Shown piece by piece: positions 27,455 to 37,016 of a stretch of 43,407 nucleotides of DNA. The notes under the pieces were generated by a model that had not been told where the DNA came from, made no database searches, and worked only from the letters and a program-made list of their open reading frames with translations. The stretch comes from a virus. Lineage: Duplodnaviria; Caudoviricetes. The stretch spans positions 1 through 43,407 of the IMG/VR virus record IMGVR_UViG_3300037424_001991; one strand, 5' to 3'. How positions within the stretch are numbered: the stretch's first letter is position 1; every line of letters begins with the position of its first letter. Made by a program: the position numbers and the translations under genes.

Positions 27455-28456
27455 ATGCCTCAACCAGCCGCAGGAACTGCGACCTACCGCCCCGACCTGG
27501 GCACCGCCGTCATGGAGTATGTCGAAGACGCTACCATGGCCAATATCGGCCTTGAGCTGATGCCCCTCTTCCCGGTTGCTTTGCAGTCGGCCAGCTATCC
27601 CGTTGTCCCCAAGGAGGCGCTGCTCAAGCTGCCCGATGTCTCCCGCACCACGCGGGGCAAGTACAACCGCGGTGATTTTGAATACGAAGACGGCTATTTC
27701 GCCACCAAGGAAAAAGGCTGGGAAGAGCCGGTGGACGACTCCGAGCGCTCGTTGCTCGAAGTCAAGGCACCGGGTATTGCTGATTATATCGCCACCGAGC
27801 GGGCCTGGGGTCACATCATGCGGAACCAGGAAAAGCGGATCGCTAATACCCTGTTCAATGAGAACAACTTCACCGGCCACGCGGTAGGAACCGAGTGGAA
27901 TACCCTCGGCACCGCCACCCCGATTGATGATGTCGGCGATGGGATCTCTGCCTTCCGCCTCCAGTGCGGGATGCTGCCGGATGTGCTGGTGATATCCTAC
28001 GAAACATTCCGCAACCTGAAAAACGTCGATCAGATAGTGGACCGGCTCAAGTACACCTACCCTGGTATCGACATCAACAAGATGAACAGCCAGCAACTCG
28101 CTGCTATCTTCGACGTACCAAGGGTTTTGGTTGGCGGCGCGGTTTACGATTCCGCAGGCAAGGGGCTCGACGCATCCATTGCCGGTATCTGGGACAAGGA
28201 GTATGCCGCCCTGGTCAAGATTAGCAGCGGCAGAGATCTGACCAAGCCAGGACTGGGCCGATCCTTCCTTTGGACAGAGGACAGCGCCCAGAACCCGATT
28301 GTTGAACAGTACCGCGAGGAACAGACCCGCAGCGACATCTTCCGGGTTCGCCACCATGTGGACGAGGCCCTGATGCAGTCCAAGGACGACTCCGGCACCG
28401 TGGTCAGCAACATCGCCGCGGCCTGCGTCTACCTGTTCAAGAACATCCACACCTGA
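27455..28456 (+). CDS. Major capsid protein
   Basis: Position, size (333 aa), strong RBS, lambda gpE-like W...ATPIDD motif. Confidence 0.85.
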   Translation: MPQPAAGTATYRPDLGTAVMEYVEDATMANIGLELMPLFPVALQSASYPVVPKEALLKLPDVSRTTRGKYNRGDFEYEDGYFATKEKGWEEPVDDSERSLLEVKAPGIADYIATERAWGHIMRNQEKRIANTLFNENNFTGHAVGTEWNTLGTATPIDDVGDGISAFRLQCGMLPDVLVISYETFRNLKNVDQIVDRLKYTYPGIDINKMNSQQLAAIFDVPRVLVGGAVYDSAGKGLDASIAGIWDKEYAALVKISSGRDLTKPGLGRSFLWTEDSAQNPIVEQYREEQTRSDIFRVRHHVDEALMQSKDDSGTVVSNIAAACVYLFKNIHT

Positions 28457-28462
28457 TCCGGA

Positions 28463-28497
28463 TGATTGCCCGGCGGGTATTTCCTGCCGGGCAATCA
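28463..28497 (+). terminator. Stem-loop after the capsid gene
   Basis: TGATTGCCCGGCGGG-TATTT-CCTGCCGGGCAATCA; no U-tract. Confidence 0.55.
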
Positions 28498-28513
28498 GGC
28501 CAAGGAGTAAGCC

Positions 28514-28912
28514 GTGAGCAAAAAAAATAAAACAGAACCGGACGAGCAGACCGACGCCTTGCTGGCCTCGGTTGCCGAACTGTCCGGGGTAATCCGCAGC
28601 AAGGACGAGGCCCCGGCCGTGTTGCAGGGTCAGGTTGACAGCCAGGCGGTGATGCTGGCCGAGGCCGAGGAGCTTCTCGCCCAGTCTGCGGCCTTGGTCC
28701 AGGAAATTCCGGAGCTGCCGATCTGCCCGCCCATCGCTTCCCCTGGCCGGGAGATGGGCCTCGATGAGGCCATCCAGGTCCTGAAGGATAACGGCTTCAA
28801 GATCCTCACCGAAGTCAAGATCGAGGATTGCAAAGACGAATCCGGCCAGCGCCGCCGCAGCTTCCGCAACCAGGGCCGTTACGAGGTTGCCCTGGTGCTG
28901 AACAAGGGCTGA
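28514..28912 (+). CDS. Hypothetical protein
   Basis: AAGGAG RBS, GTG start. Confidence 0.65.
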   Translation: MSKKNKTEPDEQTDALLASVAELSGVIRSKDEAPAVLQGQVDSQAVMLAEAEELLAQSAALVQEIPELPICPPIASPGREMGLDEAIQVLKDNGFKILTEVKIEDCKDESGQRRRSFRNQGRYEVALVLNKG

Positions 28913-28915
28913 AAA

Positions 28916-29221
28916 ATGAGCTTGTGGGACGACATGGGTGATGCGATGACCGATCTTTTTGGCGAAGCTGGCGAACCAGCCACCTGGAACGGCATCCCCA
29001 TCACCGCCCTGCCCGGCCAAGCCTCCGAAACCACCCTCGGCTCCCCTGGCGCGGTGGTCCCCACCCTGGTGATCCAGGTGCGGGAGGCCGAACTCGGGGC
29101 CAGGCCAAAGGCGGGAGCGGTGGTGGTGTACCAGGATAAAACCTGGTCCGCCACCCCGTTTCCCACCGCCTCGGCGGGGATCTGGACGGTGGGGCTCAAT
29201 CAGGAAATTATCAGTTTGTAG
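28916..29221 (+). CDS. Head-tail joining protein (FII-like)
   Basis: Position, size and LFGE..EPATW motif. Confidence 0.6.
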   Translation: MSLWDDMGDAMTDLFGEAGEPATWNGIPITALPGQASETTLGSPGAVVPTLVIQVREAELGARPKAGAVVVYQDKTWSATPFPTASAGIWTVGLNQEIISL

Positions 29222-29230
29222 GGAGGGGAC

Positions 29231-29806
29231 GTGGCGATTCAGATTTATTTCGATCAAACTTCGGTAAACGCTGCCAAGTCCGCCCTTGACGGGATCAAGG
29301 GCGGGCTGCCCCGTGCCACGGCCAGGGCGCTCAACGACACCTTTACCGGGGTGCGCACCGACATGGTGGCCCTGATCCGCGACAAGTACAACCACAAGGC
29401 CACTGATTTGCGGGCGCGGATCTCCATCGTCAAGGCCAGCGCCAACTCCCTGGCCGGGCTTGTGCAGTCCAAAGGCCGCGCTTACCACCTCACCGACGTT
29501 GCCACCACGACCCAGACTAAAAAAGGGGTCACGGTCAACGTCAAAAAAAGTACCGGCCGCCAGCTGATCCCATCGGCCTTCATCAATGTGGGTAAGAAAA
29601 GCGGTAAAAAAATCGTTTTCCGGCGTGTCGAACATGGCGGCAAGATGGTTGGCCGTTACCCCATCGAGGCCAAATACGCCCCGCATCCGGAGATCATCTA
29701 CAACACCCCGGAAAACTGGCTGGATCTCCAAGGCAAGGCAAAGGTCCGCCTCGACAAAAACTTCGCCCATGAAGTGGACGCCATCCTCAAGGGCTACGCC
29801 AAATGA
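29231..29806 (+). CDS. Minor tail protein (gpZ-like)
   Basis: ATARALNDT, basic composition, SAFI, RYPIE. Confidence 0.75.
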   Translation: MAIQIYFDQTSVNAAKSALDGIKGGLPRATARALNDTFTGVRTDMVALIRDKYNHKATDLRARISIVKASANSLAGLVQSKGRAYHLTDVATTTQTKKGVTVNVKKSTGRQLIPSAFINVGKKSGKKIVFRRVEHGGKMVGRYPIEAKYAPHPEIIYNTPENWLDLQGKAKVRLDKNFAHEVDAILKGYAK

Positions 29807-30273
29807 GCAAGACGGTGCGCCAGCAGATCATCGAGGGGTTTGCCGCTCATTTTGCCGCTTACGGATGGCAAAGCGCATCGTTTGCGGCGGTGTACGTCGG
29901 GAGGATCGTTTTCGATCCCGACACCGACCCGCTGCCACTGATCACCATCTTGCCCAGGCCGGACGAAACGGCGTCCACCCTCTATGGCACGGACAGCAAC
30001 ACCATGCCGATGGATGTCACTGCCGTGCTCCGTCTGGAAGCTCCGGACGGAGTGGCCCTTACCGCCACCGATCTGGGAGAGCCGGTCAAGGGCGAGCTGC
30101 AGGCGGCGGCGTTTGCCATCCCCACCGCTCTGGCCGACCTGGTGGAGCGGATAGAATACCGGGGCGGCGGGATTGACGATTATCCCGACACCCTCGGGCA
30201 AAGCACCTTCACCGTCAGCCTGTCGCTGGCGGTGGTGTACGAAACCAAAAAAGGCGACCCGTATAGTCAGTGA
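29803..30273 (+). CDS. Tail terminator/completion protein
   Basis: RQQII...LP.ITI...Y.T..GDPY; position before the tail tube. Confidence 0.6.
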   Translation: MSKTVRQQIIEGFAAHFAAYGWQSASFAAVYVGRIVFDPDTDPLPLITILPRPDETASTLYGTDSNTMPMDVTAVLRLEAPDGVALTATDLGEPVKGELQAAAFAIPTALADLVERIEYRGGGIDDYPDTLGQSTFTVSLSLAVVYETKKGDPYSQ

Positions 30274-30278
30274 AAAGA

Positions 30279-30408
30279 GACCGAAGGCTGAAGACCGAAG
30301 ACTAAAAGGAAAAACACTTCAGCCTTCAAAAAATAGACCGAAGGCCGAAGACTGAAGGCCGAGGGAATTTTAAACCTTCAGCCTTCAGTCTTCAGCCTTC
30401 AACCTTCA
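30279..30408. repeat. Inverted heptamer arrays (RCYGAAG / CTTCAGY)
   Basis: Two GACCGAAG/GCTGAAG tracts, each followed by complementary CTTCAGC tracts. Confidence 0.85.
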
Positions 30409-30425
30409 AAAAAAGGAGAATCACC

Positions 30426-31412
30426 ATGGGTAAAACCAACAGCGCGGACCAGGCCATGGTCCAGTACGAATCCGGCCAGACCTTGGTGCCGATGCAGGCA
30501 ATGACCGACTCCGGCGACCACACCACCTTTTCCATCGCCGCCAAGCCCTGGTCCGGCAAAGCCGGCAAGGAGCCGGTGATCAGACCAGACGGCCTGGCCA
30601 CCGGCGGGGCGATCACCCCAACCGCCCTGACCAACGACACGGTCACCGTCGCCGCCCTCACCTGCTACCTGGCCGGGGTATTAACCTCCGTTGCCTCCGA
30701 TGATCTGCTGGTTGATCGGGCCGTCACCACCGATACCCATATCATTAACTCGATTATTGTTGATGCTGCCGGACTCCTGGACGTTGTCCCAGGCACCGAT
30801 TACACGGCGTTTTCCGAGACTCGCGGCGCTGACGGCGGACCTCCCTTGATCCCGGTCGGCGCCATCGAGATCGGTCAGGTCCGTCTGGGCTCACTCACTC
30901 CAGCGGTTGTAGCTGCCTCCGAGATCTACCAGGTGCCGGGCAGCCATCAGGAGCGCTACGATTTCCCGATCTTCAATGAGGATTCCGGCCGGGGCACCAT
31001 CACCTTTGCCGCCACCCTGCCCGTCATCCATACCGGCACCGTGGCCAAGGCCGTCTCAGCCGAGGTCTACACCCCGATTTTCGCCACCATCGACCCTACC
31101 TCCGATTTCGTTCCTCCGGAGACCACCCACAGTCAGAGTTCGACCCAGGTGTATGGCGGCACCATCGGCGCCAGCTCCAGCTCCCTGACCCAGGGCAGCT
31201 TCACCGCCTATCTCAAGGACGGCATCACCGACCAGGTTGTCAAAGTCAAAAACGAAACCCTCTGGTTCCGCATGTACCCGCACCGGCTCAAGGCCCCGTA
31301 CCTGCTCTGTCAGGGCAAGCTCGGCATCGGCAGGACATTCCCGGCCGGAAACTCCCTGCAGGCGGCCTGCACCATCTCCGCTGACGCACCGGCCATCGAG
31401 GTGGAGGCGTAA
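30426..31412 (+). CDS. Major tail tube protein
   Basis: Strong RBS; sits between the terminator protein and the chaperone; beta-rich. Confidence 0.65.
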   Translation: MGKTNSADQAMVQYESGQTLVPMQAMTDSGDHTTFSIAAKPWSGKAGKEPVIRPDGLATGGAITPTALTNDTVTVAALTCYLAGVLTSVASDDLLVDRAVTTDTHIINSIIVDAAGLLDVVPGTDYTAFSETRGADGGPPLIPVGAIEIGQVRLGSLTPAVVAASEIYQVPGSHQERYDFPIFNEDSGRGTITFAATLPVIHTGTVAKAVSAEVYTPIFATIDPTSDFVPPETTHSQSSTQVYGGTIGASSSSLTQGSFTAYLKDGITDQVVKVKNETLWFRMYPHRLKAPYLLCQGKLGIGRTFPAGNSLQAACTISADAPAIEVEA

Positions 31413-31418
31413 AAGAAA

Positions 31419-31518
31419 AGTGCGAAGTGCTGAGTGCTGAGTAAAAGAAAAGTGCCTCGTACTCGGCACTCAGCACTCGGAACTCAGCACTAAAAGAAAA
31501 GCACTCGAAAATCAGCAC
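31419..31518. repeat. Inverted heptamer array (AGTGCTG / CAGCACT)
   Basis: Core 31426-31495 matches 37038-37107 at 69 of 70 nt. Confidence 0.9.
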
Positions 31519-31537
31519 AAAAAAAAAGGCCAACCCC

Positions 31538-31975
31538 ATGCCGTTTGATCAGCAGAAATTCAGCAACACCAAATTCTCCCCGCGCACCGACACGGTCCAG
31601 GTTCCGGCCCTGGCAGATTTTTTCCCGGAAGGCGAAAAACCGGAGATCACCATCCGCGGCCTCACCGGCGAGGAGTTTGCCAGGGTCCGCGAGGCCCAGG
31701 AAAAAAATCGCAACATCGTCGCGGTGCTCGAGGCCCTGGCCGGGGCCGGAGCTGAGGAAAAGATCCAGGCCATCCGGGAAACCCTCGGCTTGGATTCGGA
31801 CCACGTTCCGGACGATCTGTCCCGCCGGATCGAGCAGCTTGCCCTGGGCAGCGTCGATCCGGTTTTGGATGTGCAAGCGGCGGCCAAGATTTTCCGGGTC
31901 TGGCCGGTGGTAGGTTACGACCTCACCAACCGGATCACAGTGCTGTCCGGCCAGGGGATGCTGCCGGGGGAGTAG
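31538..31975 (+). CDS. Tail assembly chaperone (G-like)
   Basis: Follows the tube gene; ITIRGLTGEE motif; ends CCG GGG GAG TAG. Confidence 0.75.
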   Translation: MPFDQQKFSNTKFSPRTDTVQVPALADFFPEGEKPEITIRGLTGEEFARVREAQEKNRNIVAVLEALAGAGAEEKIQAIRETLGLDSDHVPDDLSRRIEQLALGSVDPVLDVQAAAKIFRVWPVVGYDLTNRITVLSGQGMLPGE

Positions 31976-32139
31976 ATCGCCTCTGGGGTGATCCGGCGGT
32001 CCGGACTGCCCTCCACCTCGGCCACGCCAGGGGCAAGATGTTGTACGAGCTGCGGCCTGATCTGTTTCCCCAGGGGTATCTGACCCCGGCGGAGACGGAG
32101 TTGTGGGCGAGGTTTTTTGCCGAAATTAAGAAAAAATAA
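31969..32139 (+). CDS. Frameshift extension of the chaperone (T-like)
   Basis: The -1 frame is open from the GGGGGAG run to TAA 32139 and encodes LT.AE.ELW..F. Confidence 0.6.
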   Translation, partial: GVDRLWGDPAVRTALHLGHARGKMLYELRPDLFPQGYLTPAETELWARFFAEIKKK

Positions 32140-32151
32140 GGGGTGGGCGGG

Positions 32152-32367
32152 ATGGATATACTGAAAGACATAAACTTTGTCCAGGTCATCATCACCGCCC
32201 TGCTGGCCTATGTGGCCTGGACGTTTCGCATGGCCCTGCACGACTTCCGGCAAAGCATCAAAGATCTGTACGAAAAATATAATCACGCGGAAACCAGACT
32301 CACGCGGGTTGAAACCATCCACACGATAAAAGGCTGCGACACTATTAAAGATAGGAGGACATCGTGA
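32152..32367 (+). CDS. Single-TM coiled-coil protein (holin/antiholin-like)
   Basis: N-terminal TM, then HAETRLTRVE motif; in the lysis cluster. Confidence 0.6.
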   Translation: MDILKDINFVQVIITALLAYVAWTFRMALHDFRQSIKDLYEKYNHAETRLTRVETIHTIKGCDTIKDRRTS

Positions 32368-32561
32368 TCCAGATCACCATCGATCCGAACCGCTGCGTCA
32401 CCTGCGGCAACTGCGAGGCCCACCTCCCCGGCCTGACCGACCACATCCCCAATGGCCGGTTGCTGATCTCAGAGAGCAACCCCAATGTGGACGGGGACGC
32501 GATCCAGCGGGCCATTAATTGCTGCCCGCTGGAGGCTTTGAAACTGGAGGCGGTGGCGTGA
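32364..32561 (+). CDS. Ferredoxin (single Fe-S cluster type)
   Basis: IDPNRCVTCGNC...AINCCPLEAL; AGGAGG RBS. Confidence 0.85.
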   Translation: MIQITIDPNRCVTCGNCEAHLPGLTDHIPNGRLLISESNPNVDGDAIQRAINCCPLEALKLEAVA

Positions 32562-32773
32562 GGTTACTGACTGACTGGCGCTGCATTGTCCGCCGTGCTT
32601 GGTCTTTCCGCCTGATGGCGGCGGCCTGCCTGCTCTCCGGCATCGAGGTTGCTCTGCCGATGTTTGCCTCCTCGTTCCACCGCGGGTCGTTTGCTGTGTT
32701 GAGCCTGATCACCACCGGCCTCGCCCTGGCCGCCCGCCTGATTGCCCAAAAGGAGCTGCACGCCGATGAATAA
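32558..32773 (+). CDS. Holin-like protein
   Basis: DWR...RAWS.RL, two TM segments, ARLIAQ; directly before the lysozyme. Confidence 0.75.
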   Translation: MRLLTDWRCIVRRAWSFRLMAAACLLSGIEVALPMFASSFHRGSFAVLSLITTGLALAARLIAQKELHADE

Positions 32774-33254
32774 GCCATCCCGCACCACGATCGCCAGCCT
32801 CGCCCTGGCCGCCTCGACCCTGGTCGGTATTGCCTCCTACGAGGGGTACAGCGACCGGGCTATTATCCCGATCCCCGGCGACGTGCCGACCATCGGTTTC
32901 GGCACCACTACCGGGGTTAAGCCGGGCGACACCATCACCCCGCAGCGGGCGCTGGTCCACCTGCTCGACGATGCCGGAAAATCGGAAAAAGCGGTAAAGG
33001 GCTGCGTCACCGCGCCGCTCTACCCCTACGAGTTCGCCGCTTTCGTCAGTCTCGCCTACAACATCGGCGGGACGGCGTTTTGCGCATCGACACTGGTCAA
33101 GAAGGCCAACGCCGAGGACTATGCCGGTGCCTGCAAGGAGATCCTGCGCTGGGACCGCGCCCAGGGTCGGCAGGTTCGCGGCCTGACCATTCGGCGGCAG
33201 GCGGAATACCAGCAGTGCATGGGAGGGGAAATCAATGCCACTCTGGGCCATTAA
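32766..33254 (+). CDS. Endolysin (GH24 lysozyme, probable SAR type)
   Basis: Weakly hydrophobic N-terminus, then EG...DVPTIGFG.T, AYNIG, GLTIRRQAE. Confidence 0.93.
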   Translation: MNKPSRTTIASLALAASTLVGIASYEGYSDRAIIPIPGDVPTIGFGTTTGVKPGDTITPQRALVHLLDDAGKSEKAVKGCVTAPLYPYEFAAFVSLAYNIGGTAFCASTLVKKANAEDYAGACKEILRWDRAQGRQVRGLTIRRQAEYQQCMGGEINATLGH

Positions 33255-33762
33255 AGCATGCGCGAGCCTGGCGCTGGCCGCCGCTCTGCTCATCGGCTAC
33301 AACCTCTGGGCCAGCCACCAGCAGGGCATCGGCGAAGAGCGGGCCACCGATAAATACAACACGTTGATAGCCACTCAGAAAGTCGAAGCAGCCGACCTGC
33401 TGGCAAAAGAAACCGCCCGCGTGACGGCCACGGAAAAGGCTTTGCAAGCCTCAAAAAACAATCAGGAGATCCAGGATGCAAAAAATACCAAAGTCGTGGC
33501 CGGTCTCACTACTCGCCTGCGTGATCTTACTGTCAATGGCCGCCTGCGCGACCCCCATGCAGGACGTGGGCCGAGTGGTAACGCCGGCCCCGGTAACGCT
33601 ACCTCCGGTCCCGGCGATTGTCCAGACCACGGAGCCGAAGCCCCCGGGGTACTTTCAGCGGAGCTTAGCGGATTACTTCAGCGTCTTGCCTTAGAGGCGG
33701 ATGAAATCAATGTGGCCTATACCTCCTGCCGGGCGGATGCGGAATCGGTGAGGAAATTATAA
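33235..33762 (+). CDS. Inner-membrane spanin (Rz-like)
   Basis: N-terminal TM plus coiled coil; follows the endolysin. Confidence 0.8.
   Translation: MPLWAIKACASLALAAALLIGYNLWASHQQGIGEERATDKYNTLIATQKVEAADLLAKETARVTATEKALQASKNNQEIQDAKNTKVVAGLTTRLRDLTVNGRLRDPHAGRGPSGNAGPGNATSGPGDCPDHGAEAPGVLSAELSGLLQRLALEADEINVAYTSCRADAESVRKL
33476..33694 (+). CDS. Outer-membrane spanin lipoprotein (Rz1-like), embedded in +1 frame
   Basis: Signal peptide with lipobox MAAC and a Pro-rich mature part, nested in Rz. Confidence 0.8.
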   Translation: MQKIPKSWPVSLLACVILLSMAACATPMQDVGRVVTPAPVTLPPVPAIVQTTEPKPPGYFQRSLADYFSVLP

Positions 33763-36641
33763 TGGCAAACGCAGACCTTGAGCGCATCATAAAAATAGTC
33801 TTTGCCGGAGACGACAAGCAGGCGGTCGATTCCATCAATCGGGTCACCTCCGGTCTCTCCACCATGGACGGCGCGGTCGGCACCTTCACCGATCCCCTGG
33901 CCGGGATGGCGGACAACGTCCTCAAGGTGGATGCGGCCCTGCTGGCCCTGGTTGCCGGGGGGCTGCTGTATGCGCTCAACAAGACCAAGGAGTTTGAGTC
34001 TGCCACGGTCGAGCTGGTCAAGGTCATCGGCGATGAGATCGGCCGCCTTGATGAGGTCAAGAAGTTCGCCATCGATATCTCCGACACCTACGGCGAGTCA
34101 TCCGCCGCCGTGCTGGCCAGCGTGGCAAATTTTAAGCAGGCCGGTTTCGGGATTTCCGAGTCCATGCTCCTCACCAAGAATGCCATGGATCTCAAGATCG
34201 CCGGAGATATCTCCGCCGCCGAGTCCAGCGAGTATCTGGTCAGCATCCTCAAGGGCTTCAAGGCCCCAGCCGAAGATGCCGCACGGGTGGTGGATGTTCT
34301 CAACGAGGTGAGCAACAAATATGCCACCGATGTCCGCCAGCTCGCCACCGGCATGGCGGAGCTTTCGCCGATCGCCTCCAAGATGGGCTTTTCTTTCGAG
34401 GAGACGGCCGGGATCCTGACCCCGGTGATCGAGGTCTTCCGCGATGGCGGCGAATCGGCCATTGCCCTCAAAACCGGCCTGCTCAAACTGATAGACGATT
34501 CCGCCCCGGTCCGCGATGCCTTGGAGCGGCTGGGCGTGTCGCAGCTCGATGTCAACGGCCACATGCGCAGCGGCAAGGACATCCTCCTCGATGTGGCCAA
34601 GGCCTTTCAAACCGCCGAACAGAACGACAAGCTCTTTCTTACCCAGCAACTGGTCGGCATCCAGCAGGCGGGAAGGATGGTCGAGGTTTTCGATGGCTTG
34701 GCTAAGTCCACAGAGGTGACCAATGTTGCCCTGGGCGCGACCGGTTCGGCGTCCGAAGAGGTGGCCGCCCGTCTGGCTTCGTCGGAGGTGTCGATCAACC
34801 GCTTCAAGGAGGGCTTCGACAACCTGGCCATCTCGATAGGCAGCCAGTTCGCCGCAGCCGCCAAAGAGGCGGTTGACGGAGGCACCAGCATCGAGAATGC
34901 CCTGCGCAAAATGGTGGATGACGGCACCTTCGAGCCGATTTTTGCCAAGCTCCGCGATTTCACCGCCGAGTTCGGCCAGTATCTGGGCGGCATCGCCGAA
35001 GCGCTGCCAGAGGCCATGCAGCATGTGGACTTCTCCGGGTTTCTCGCCGCTCTGGGCAGTCTGGGCGACACCCTGGGCGGATTTTTCGGGGATCTCGACC
35101 TGACCAAACCGGAAGACCTGGCCAAGGGCTTGCAAACGGTGGTGGATGCCGTCACCGGCCTGATCCGCATCACCGACGGCATGGCCGAGGCCTTTAAGCC
35201 GTTTTTCGACCAGATCGTGGACTTCTTGTTGAAGGTAGCGGACAGCGACGAAGAACTCCAGAAGACCATCGGCAAGATCCTCTCATTTGCCAAGCAGATC
35301 GAATCCACCAGCCTGGCGGTGGTGGTGGGTCTGGCGGCAATGCGCGAGGCGGGAGTGGCTGTCGCCCCGGTTTTCGATGTGCTGGCAGGTTCGATACAGC
35401 TGGCTTTCAACGGTATCCAGGTCTCATTCGACACCCTGATGCTCACCCTCGCCCTGGCCCGGCAAGGGTTTGCGAAATTCTGGGACACCATCACCCTCGG
35501 CCAGAGCGATGTATTCCACCAACAACTGCTTGACGCCGAGGCGGATGTGAGCAAGTGGGCGGACGCCATTGTCCGTGATGGCATGGACGCCGAGCGCGGA
35601 CTCAACCGAGTCGCCGAAGGATTTTCCACCACCGGAGATTCCGCCGACGCAGCCGGCACAAAAATAGGCGGGGTCAAGGGCCAGCTGGACACCATCCCTT
35701 CCCACACACAGGCCGAGGTGGAATTTTACCTCTCCGGCCAGGACAAGCTGGCCTCGGCCCACAAGGCCATCACCGATCTGCCCGGGCAAAAAAATGTCGA
35801 GATCACCACCTCCGACCTCGACAGCATGCGCACCACCCTGGCCGCCTTCGGCATCGATATCGCCAATATCCCCGAGGAAAAGCTGGTGGCCCTCAAGGCG
35901 ATCACCGACGATGCCTCCTACAACGCCGCGGTGGAACAACTGGCCCTTGATTTTCCCACCGAGAAGTCAATCGCTCTACGGGCCTCCATCGACCAGGATT
36001 CAATGACAGAGGCTCAAGGGGAACTCAACGCGTTCGCCGATCTGGGCATCACCGTTACCGTGGATGATTCCGGCCTGGTCACCATCACCAATGAGCTGGC
36101 AGGAACCAAGGATCTGAATATCACCGCCAAGGTGGACAAGACCAAGGCGGAATCAGACGTTAAAAAAATGGCCGATGCCGCCAAGGAGCTGGAAAAATCC
36201 GTGGAGTGGCGGGCCAAGCTGGATATAGCCGAGGTCGAGGCCAACGCCAAAATATTGGCCGCCACCCTCTCCACCCTCGGCAGCACCTTCGACGCCTCCA
36301 CCAGCCATGCCTCAGCCATGATGAAGGAATGGTCCGATGCCCAAGGAAAATCCGGGGATATCTGGTCCAGCGATGTGTACAAATCCAATCAGCTCACCGA
36401 CATGATGGAGAGCGAGGAGCTCAACCGGCAGTCCATGCTCTCCCAGCAACGCGATCTCACCGCCGCCGAGATCGACTACATGCGTGCCCGCACCACCGCC
36501 CTGGCCCAGGGCGATGCCCTGATCAAGATCGACGGCTCCGGCCTGGCCCCGCATCTGGAGGCGATCATGTGGGACGTGCTGGCCGCGATCCAGGTCCGCG
36601 CCAATGAAGATGGGCAGTCCATGCTGCTCGGCTTGAGCTAA
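33762..36641 (+). CDS. Tail tape measure protein (TP901 family)
   Basis: 959 aa, Ala-rich helical; VDVLNEVSNKYATD...L..G motif. Confidence 0.92.
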   Translation: MANADLERIIKIVFAGDDKQAVDSINRVTSGLSTMDGAVGTFTDPLAGMADNVLKVDAALLALVAGGLLYALNKTKEFESATVELVKVIGDEIGRLDEVKKFAIDISDTYGESSAAVLASVANFKQAGFGISESMLLTKNAMDLKIAGDISAAESSEYLVSILKGFKAPAEDAARVVDVLNEVSNKYATDVRQLATGMAELSPIASKMGFSFEETAGILTPVIEVFRDGGESAIALKTGLLKLIDDSAPVRDALERLGVSQLDVNGHMRSGKDILLDVAKAFQTAEQNDKLFLTQQLVGIQQAGRMVEVFDGLAKSTEVTNVALGATGSASEEVAARLASSEVSINRFKEGFDNLAISIGSQFAAAAKEAVDGGTSIENALRKMVDDGTFEPIFAKLRDFTAEFGQYLGGIAEALPEAMQHVDFSGFLAALGSLGDTLGGFFGDLDLTKPEDLAKGLQTVVDAVTGLIRITDGMAEAFKPFFDQIVDFLLKVADSDEELQKTIGKILSFAKQIESTSLAVVVGLAAMREAGVAVAPVFDVLAGSIQLAFNGIQVSFDTLMLTLALARQGFAKFWDTITLGQSDVFHQQLLDAEADVSKWADAIVRDGMDAERGLNRVAEGFSTTGDSADAAGTKIGGVKGQLDTIPSHTQAEVEFYLSGQDKLASAHKAITDLPGQKNVEITTSDLDSMRTTLAAFGIDIANIPEEKLVALKAITDDASYNAAVEQLALDFPTEKSIALRASIDQDSMTEAQGELNAFADLGITVTVDDSGLVTITNELAGTKDLNITAKVDKTKAESDVKKMADAAKELEKSVEWRAKLDIAEVEANAKILAATLSTLGSTFDASTSHASAMMKEWSDAQGKSGDIWSSDVYKSNQLTDMMESEELNRQSMLSQQRDLTAAEIDYMRARTTALAQGDALIKIDGSGLAPHLEAIMWDVLAAIQVRANEDGQSMLLGLS

Positions 36642-36650
36642 GGAGTCCCC

Positions 36651-37010
36651 ATGCGTATCGGTATTTCCACCCCGGTTTTCGACCTGGACGGCGCCCGGCT
36701 CATCCGCGTTACCCCCCAGTCCGTCCCGTCTCTGTTCAGCGGCTCCCGCAGGGTATCGTCCACCGCCACCCTGGACGGCGGCGCCCTGCTCTATGATACC
36801 GGCTATGCGGTGGCGGACAGGCGCCACACCATCGAGGCGGCGGAGCACGACGTGCACGCCACGGCGGCCTGGTTCGCCATGCTGGTGAAAACCTACAACC
36901 TGATCAGGGTGGTCACCGACGAAGGGGTTTTCCTCGCCGCCCCGAGCAAGTGGTCGATGAAAAACAACGCCCCCACCCTGGATCTGCTTTTCGCCGAGCA
37001 GCTCGCTTAA
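36651..37010 (+). CDS. Probable distal tail protein
   Basis: Directly after the tape measure; RRVS..ATLDGG motif; AAGGAG RBS. Confidence 0.6.
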   Translation: MRIGISTPVFDLDGARLIRVTPQSVPSLFSGSRRVSSTATLDGGALLYDTGYAVADRRHTIEAAEHDVHATAAWFAMLVKTYNLIRVVTDEGVFLAAPSKWSMKNNAPTLDLLFAEQLA

Positions 37011-37016
37011 CCGAGG

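Noticed and set aside
27416-29770. 784-aa minus-strand ORF, and similar long antisense ORFs such as 34607-35707 and 19674-20594
   Set aside because: Shadow frames of GC-rich plus-strand genes with recognisable products; no motifs or RBS.
30279-31518. Heptamer arrays as CRISPR repeats
   Set aside because: No unique spacers between constant repeats, and no cas genes.
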